Source: Longimicrobiales bacterium (lineage in GTDB: Bacteria > Gemmatimonadota > Gemmatimonadetes > Longimicrobiales > Gaopeijiaceae). From it: a stretch of DNA of 64,000 bases. The notes under the pieces were generated by a model. The model was not told the DNA's origin. It saw only the letters and a program-made list of their open reading frames with translations, and did no database searches. Of the stretch, positions 59,199 to 64,000 are shown one piece after another. Position 1 is the stretch's first letter; every line of letters starts with the position of its first letter. The position numbers were made by a program, and so were the translations under genes. The stretch lies in the NCBI GenBank assembly GCA_965219445.1, contig CBDCNQ010000003.1, positions 224,001 through 288,000 of the forward strand. The letters are read 5' to 3'.

Positions 59199-60452
59199 AT
59201 GGACAACATCTCAAGACGTGCGATGTTAGGAGCCGCGGGAGGGCTGATCGCAGGGGGCCTGCTGAAGACTCAGGCCGATGCACTCACAGTGGGGGAGGCA
59301 GCCACCGGCCTGCAAACCGCACCGGCGGATCCCACGAAGATGCTCGGTGCGCCAACCAGCGTCCTCGGCCAACGGGCACCGGCGGAACAGCCCCGTCGCG
59401 TCATGGGCAGCCCGGCGACGACAGCATCCTCCAGAACCCCGATCGAGCAACTTCGGGGCATCATCACTCCGGCGGATCTCCACTTTGAGCGACACCACGC
59501 CGGCGTTCCAGCCATCGATCGGGATCGTTACGAACTCTTGATCCATGGGATGGTGGATCGGCCGATGACATTCACGCTCGACGACCTGATGCGCTTTCCC
59601 TCCGAGTCTCGGATTTGTTTCGTGGAATGCTCCGGGAACGGCGGCGCCGCCTATAACCGGAACGCCGCTCGGGAACGCACGCCCAGCCAGATCGATGGCC
59701 TGTTCAGTACGAGCGAATGGACCGGTGTGGCTCTGACCACTCTTCTGCGTGAAGTGGGCGTCAGCCGGGAGGCGAGTTGGTTGCTGGCGGAGGGTGGGGA
59801 TGCGGCACTCATGTCCCGCAGCATCCCGGTAGAGAAGGCTCTCGACGACGCCATGATCGCGTACGGACAGAACGGCGAGGCGATCCGTCCGGAGCAGGGC
59901 TTTCCCGCGCGGCTGCTGCTTCCCGGCTGGGAGGGCAACTCCCAAGTCAAATGGATCCGCCGCCTCGAGGCGTCCGACCGGCCCTCGATGACGCGCGACG
60001 AAACCTCCAAGTACACGGACCCCCTCGCCGACGGGACGGCGCGACAGTTCAGCCTGGTTATGGATGCGAAGTCGACCATCACGTTTCCCGCCTTCCCATT
60101 TGTACTTCCGGAGCGGGGCTGGTGGGAGATCAGCGGACTCGCGTGGAGCGGACGGGGCCGCATCGCTCGTGTGGAGGTGACGACGGACGGAGGGCGCACG
60201 TGGGTGCCCGCTCAACTTCAGGATCCGGTGCTCTCGAAGTGCGCCACGCGCTTCCGGCACATCTGGAACTGGGACGGCGGAGAGGCTCTTCTCATGAGCC
60301 GCGCGATCGACGAGACCGGCTACGTGCAGCCGGATCTGGAGACACAGATAGCGGCCCGAGGTGAGGGCAGCTCGTACCACTACAACACGATCCGGCCGTG
60401 GAAGATCGAAGCCGATGGGCGCGTGTTCTTCGCACAAGGAGGGGCGCAATGA
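59199..60452 (+). CDS. soxC: SoxC-like molybdoprotein (sulfite-oxidase family), Tat exported
   Basis: SRRAML, GIITP..LHFERHH.G, ECSGN, EQGFP.RL..PGWEG, SRA.DETGY.QP. Confidence 0.9.
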   Translation: MDNISRRAMLGAAGGLIAGGLLKTQADALTVGEAATGLQTAPADPTKMLGAPTSVLGQRAPAEQPRRVMGSPATTASSRTPIEQLRGIITPADLHFERHHAGVPAIDRDRYELLIHGMVDRPMTFTLDDLMRFPSESRICFVECSGNGGAAYNRNAARERTPSQIDGLFSTSEWTGVALTTLLREVGVSREASWLLAEGGDAALMSRSIPVEKALDDAMIAYGQNGEAIRPEQGFPARLLLPGWEGNSQVKWIRRLEASDRPSMTRDETSKYTDPLADGTARQFSLVMDAKSTITFPAFPFVLPERGWWEISGLAWSGRGRIARVEVTTDGGRTWVPAQLQDPVLSKCATRFRHIWNWDGGEALLMSRAIDETGYVQPDLETQIAARGEGSSYHYNTIRPWKIEADGRVFFAQGGAQ

Positions 60453-61066
60453 GCCGGCGGAGCCGTGCCGGGGCCTTTTCCGGCCTGTTGGCGACAACCC
60501 TCTCGTTATACGGATGCGTGCCGGACGCGCCGAGCGGAGAGACCAGCACCGTGGTGTCAGGTACCACGGAGTGGCCAGGCTCTTTCGCCATCGGCCGAGA
60601 CGCCACCCCAGCCGAGATCGCAGAGCTGAACATCGACTTCGGACCGGATGGAGCAGACGCTCCACCGGGGAGTGGCTCAGTCGCCGAGGGCAAGGTGGTC
60701 TACGACAGAAACTGCATCGTCTGCCACGGCCTCACGGGGCGAGAGGGTCCGAACGCTCAGCTCGTCGGCCGCGAGCCTCGTGACGGGTTTCCGTTCGGCG
60801 AAACCCGAGGCATCGTCAAGACGGTCGGAAACTACTGGCCCTACGCCACGACCGTGTTCGATTACGTGAACCGCACGATGCCACTCTCGTCCCCCGGGTC
60901 GCTCACGGCCGATGAAGTGTACGCGGTCTCGGCGTATATCCTCTTTCTCAATGAGATCATCCCGGAGAACGCGGTCATGAATGCCGAGACCCTACCAGCG
61001 GTGGTCATGCCCGCCCGGGACCGATTCGTGCCGGACGATCGCGTGGGTGGGCCGGAGGTCAGGTAA
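60449..61066 (+). CDS. soxD: SoxD-like monoheme cytochrome c
   Basis: P.GSGSV..G, CIVCH, KTVGNYWPYATT.FDY..R.MP; ATGA overlap with soxC. Confidence 0.88.
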   Translation: MSRRSRAGAFSGLLATTLSLYGCVPDAPSGETSTVVSGTTEWPGSFAIGRDATPAEIAELNIDFGPDGADAPPGSGSVAEGKVVYDRNCIVCHGLTGREGPNAQLVGREPRDGFPFGETRGIVKTVGNYWPYATTVFDYVNRTMPLSSPGSLTADEVYAVSAYILFLNEIIPENAVMNAETLPAVVMPARDRFVPDDRVGGPEVR

Positions 61067-61198
61067 GACCCGCTTCACCTTGACGGCCTCGAACCTGCAA
61101 CCTACGGTAGCGTTCACGTTTCCGTCCTCCCCGATGACGATCCTTCGGGCATATGCGGACGGGACGATCCATGAAGTTCCCCACAGGAGATCATTTTC

Positions 61199-62026
61199 AT
61201 GAGGGTTGTTTCGACTTTGCTCATGCTCGGCGTCATCACGGCGGCGGCAGTTACGGACGCAGCCGACGCCCAGACGAGATATGTGCGCTACGAGCAGGCT
61301 GGAGACATTTCGTGGGGCGAATTGGACGGCTCCACGATTCGCCAACTCAGCGAGGCTCCCTACCTCGGGGGCGTACGTACAGGACGGACGACTACGGAGT
61401 CCGCCGTGACGATGAAAGCCCCGGTCGATCCGAACCTCGTCTTCATGACCGCCTTCAACTTCCGCAGCCACATCACTGGCGATCCGGCGGAGTATCCGGG
61501 TCTGTTCATCGTGCCCCCGGGCTCGATCATCGGTCCTGGTGAAAACATCGTGCGGCCTGCGGCATCTCAGAATCTTCACTATGAAGCAGAGATGGTGGTC
61601 GTGATCGGCAAGCGTGCCGAGAACGTGAATCCGGAGGAGGCGCCGGAGTATGTTTTCGGCGTGGCGGCTGGGAACGACGTCAGCGAGCGCGACTGGCAGG
61701 CGAATGACATCCAGTGGGTCCGTGCAAAGGGCAGCCGGTCGTTCAACGCCGTGGGCCCCGTCTTGGTGGAGGGGTTGGACTACTCCAACCTCCAGATCGA
61801 GGGACGCCTCAACGGCGAGGTACGTCAGGGGGAGAATAGCGCCGACCTGATTTTCAACATGCACCATATGGTCAGCTACATCTCGAAATACTTCACGCTC
61901 GAGCCCGGCGATCTGATCTGGTCCGGTACTATGGGCACCACCCAGGCGATGGAGCCAGGTGATGTCTACGAGGTGGAAATTGAAGGCGTCGGTGTCCTGC
62001 GGAACCAGCTCGTTCAAGGCCACTGA
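61199..62026 (+). CDS. fumarylacetoacetate hydrolase family protein with signal peptide
   Basis: HYEAE, GNDVS.RDWQ, RAKG, TL.PGD.I..GT. Confidence 0.93.
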   Translation: MRVVSTLLMLGVITAAAVTDAADAQTRYVRYEQAGDISWGELDGSTIRQLSEAPYLGGVRTGRTTTESAVTMKAPVDPNLVFMTAFNFRSHITGDPAEYPGLFIVPPGSIIGPGENIVRPAASQNLHYEAEMVVVIGKRAENVNPEEAPEYVFGVAAGNDVSERDWQANDIQWVRAKGSRSFNAVGPVLVEGLDYSNLQIEGRLNGEVRQGENSADLIFNMHHMVSYISKYFTLEPGDLIWSGTMGTTQAMEPGDVYEVEIEGVGVLRNQLVQGH

Positions 62027-62061
62027 ATGCGACGCGGGTCAGCGTCATTCTAGAGGAGGGG

Positions 62062-62814
62062 GTGACCCGCCAGCCCAACTTCCTGCTCCTTCAGGTCCGC
62101 AATCCGGACGACCCGATGAGGAAGCACGAAATTCAGTGCTTTTCCCGTTCGTTCCGCTGCGATGAAGATCGGATTCGCGTCTTCGATCTCCTGAGCGGGG
62201 TGCCCTCCCAGCGCGAACTAACCGAAGCCGACGCGGTCCTCCTGGGTGGAAGCGGCAGTTACTCTGTCGCCAGAGGCGGCCCGTGGCTTCCCGCGGCGCT
62301 CGAAACCATGCGTCAGCTATACGAAACGTCCAAACCGACGTTCGCTTCTTGCTGGGGGTTTCAAGCCATGGCCAGAGCCATGGGTGGGGAGGTGGTCACG
62401 GACCGCAGTCGAGCGGAAGTCGGAACGCTCTGGATGAAGCTGACGCCCGATGGTAAGAAGGACCCCGTGTTCGGCCCTCTCGGCGACCGTTTCCAGGTCC
62501 AGATCGGCCACGAGGATATCGTTACCAGGCTCCCTGAGGGAGCGAGGCTTCTGGCCTCGAGCCCCAGCGTGGAGATCGAAGCGTATTGTTTCCATGGCAA
62601 GCCCATCTACTGCACACAGTTCCATCCGGAGCTGGACCGTGCCGGCATCATCACGCGAATCGCACAGTACCCGGATTATCTGCCCCTCACCGGGCACGCC
62701 ACGCTCGAAGATTTTTCGGCCGCCACACCGGAGACGCCAAAAGCCGAGGCGATTCTCCGGAGGTTCGTAACGGTGGCGCTGCAGAGTAGCTCTCTTGACC
62801 CTGATAGCGTGTAG
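62062..62814 (+). CDS. type 1 glutamine amidotransferase
   Basis: GGSG, SCWGFQ, QFHPE. Confidence 0.92.
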   Translation: MTRQPNFLLLQVRNPDDPMRKHEIQCFSRSFRCDEDRIRVFDLLSGVPSQRELTEADAVLLGGSGSYSVARGGPWLPAALETMRQLYETSKPTFASCWGFQAMARAMGGEVVTDRSRAEVGTLWMKLTPDGKKDPVFGPLGDRFQVQIGHEDIVTRLPEGARLLASSPSVEIEAYCFHGKPIYCTQFHPELDRAGIITRIAQYPDYLPLTGHATLEDFSAATPETPKAEAILRRFVTVALQSSSLDPDSV

Positions 62815-62866
62815 GCCGCTAGAGCGAGTTATGGCCTGGCGCTCGAATGACTGCCGCGTAGCCGAG

Positions 62867-64000
62867 TCAGTAGGCTCGTGCGGCAGCGATTTTTCGGATG
62901 TCCTTCAAGGCGTAGGCGACGACGAATAGGGCTCCCAGCCCCCCCACCAGAAAGGACGGGTAGAACGCGGTGGCGGCTCCTGCCAGAAGCAGGATTCGAC
63001 CTCCTGCGCTCAGATGACGGCTCAGCGACTGGCCCTCCAGCACCGCGGCGAACGCTGCTAGCGCAACCATGGACATCGTCGCCTTCCCGAGCACCACCGG
63101 CCAGGCACCCCCCAAGGCGAGCTCGGGATGCACCACCATGAGGATGGGAATGAGATAGAGGCCCTTGGCGTACTTCCACGCCTGAAGGCCAGTGCGCATG
63201 GGATCGGCTCCGGCTACGCCTGCGGCTGCGTACGCAGCGAGGCAGACGGGGGGCGTGACGTTGGAGTCCTGGGAGTACCAGAACACGAGCAAGTGGGCGA
63301 TCAAGACAGGAAGACCGAAATCATTGATCAGTACCGGGCCGGCGAGGACGATGAGAACGACGTAGCTGGCGGTCACGGGAAGTCCCATCCCAAGGACGAG
63401 ACTCGCCAGAAGCAGCAGTATCAGGACAAGAAAGAGATTCCCTTGGGAAAGAGAAAGCATGAGACCCGAAAATTTGAGGCCCAGACCCGTGAGGCCGACG
63501 ATGCCCACGATGATTCCCGCCACGGCGCAGGCCAGGCTCACTGGAAGGGTATTTCGGCCCGCGAGGACGAAGGCATCCACACCGCGGACGATCCCACCGC
63601 CGACCCAGCCCGCCAGGGGGCCCTGAGCCGCCACTTCCGGGTTCGAGGCCCTTGGATTTCCCGGCATGGTCCGGTTCCATGCGGCTCGCGAGGCCGCCAG
63701 TGCCGCCACTGCCATACACGAAAGAAAGCCGACCCGGGCAACCGAAAAATCCATGAGCAGAGCGGCCACCAGAGCCACTAGAGCCATAAGGAAGTGCCAG
63801 CCCTTGGCCAGCGTGGTCCCGAACCGGGGGAGCTCGGAAGCGGGCAGGCCCTCGAGGTTCCTCGCGACCGCCACCAGGTGCACGAAGACGAACACTGTTC
63901 CCATGTAGAGAATCGCCGGAATGAGCGCCGCCTTGACGACGTCGAGATAAGCCAGACCGGTATATTCGGCAATCAAGAACGCTCCCGCCCCCATGATCGG
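62867..64000 (-). CDS. TRAP transporter fused permease (partial; 5' end outside the window)
   Basis: MGAGAF.IAE, LGMGLP.TA.Y, TPPV.LAAYAAA. Confidence 0.93.
   Translation of the reverse strand, partial: PIMGAGAFLIAEYTGLAYLDVVKAALIPAILYMGTVFVFVHLVAVARNLEGLPASELPRFGTTLAKGWHFLMALVALVAALLMDFSVARVGFLSCMAVAALAASRAAWNRTMPGNPRASNPEVAAQGPLAGWVGGGIVRGVDAFVLAGRNTLPVSLACAVAGIIVGIVGLTGLGLKFSGLMLSLSQGNLFLVLILLLLASLVLGMGLPVTASYVVLIVLAGPVLINDFGLPVLIAHLLVFWYSQDSNVTPPVCLAAYAAAGVAGADPMRTGLQAWKYAKGLYLIPILMVVHPELALGGAWPVVLGKATMSMVALAAFAAVLEGQSLSRHLSAGGRILLLAGAATAFYPSFLVGGLGALFVVAYALKDIRKIAAARAY

Noticed and set aside
59226..62023. Long minus-strand ORFs (479 aa and 343 aa)
   Set aside because: Antisense shadows of soxC/soxD and the FAH gene.
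1..64000. tRNA, rRNA, prophage or defence systems
   Set aside because: No cloverleaf, rRNA signature, phage structural gene or defence motif was recognised.

Overview
GC-rich bacterial chromosomal window. Gene content and the many small lipoproteins suggest Gemmatimonadota, but that is inference. It is mostly metabolic: sixA/ppk1/CHAD, pdxH, a desaturase, arcABC, a PaoABC-like Mo enzyme, bioBAFD, msrPQ, soxCD, a Zn/Mn-type uptake operon, a TRAP permease and two csp genes. It carries three IS elements. The main result is a nested element. An IS110/IS1111-type element (56156-57751) sits inside the left inverted repeat of an IS256 element (56140-59121, 9-bp target duplication). Its 3' non-coding end contains a readable bridge/seek-type guide RNA, whose loops match both the IS256 end (target) and its own circle junction (donor). 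Other candidates: (i) a His/Cys-rich RAPP-ending leader ORF ahead of the metal-uptake operon, plus a second leader-like ORF; (ii) a serine protease followed by a free-standing copy of its own N-terminal domain; (iii) a PilB/GspE homolog with all ATPase motifs degenerate; (iv) several structured 5' leaders and pseudogenes. I found no rRNA, tRNA or CRISPR array. All calls come from reading motifs by eye; no searches were run.
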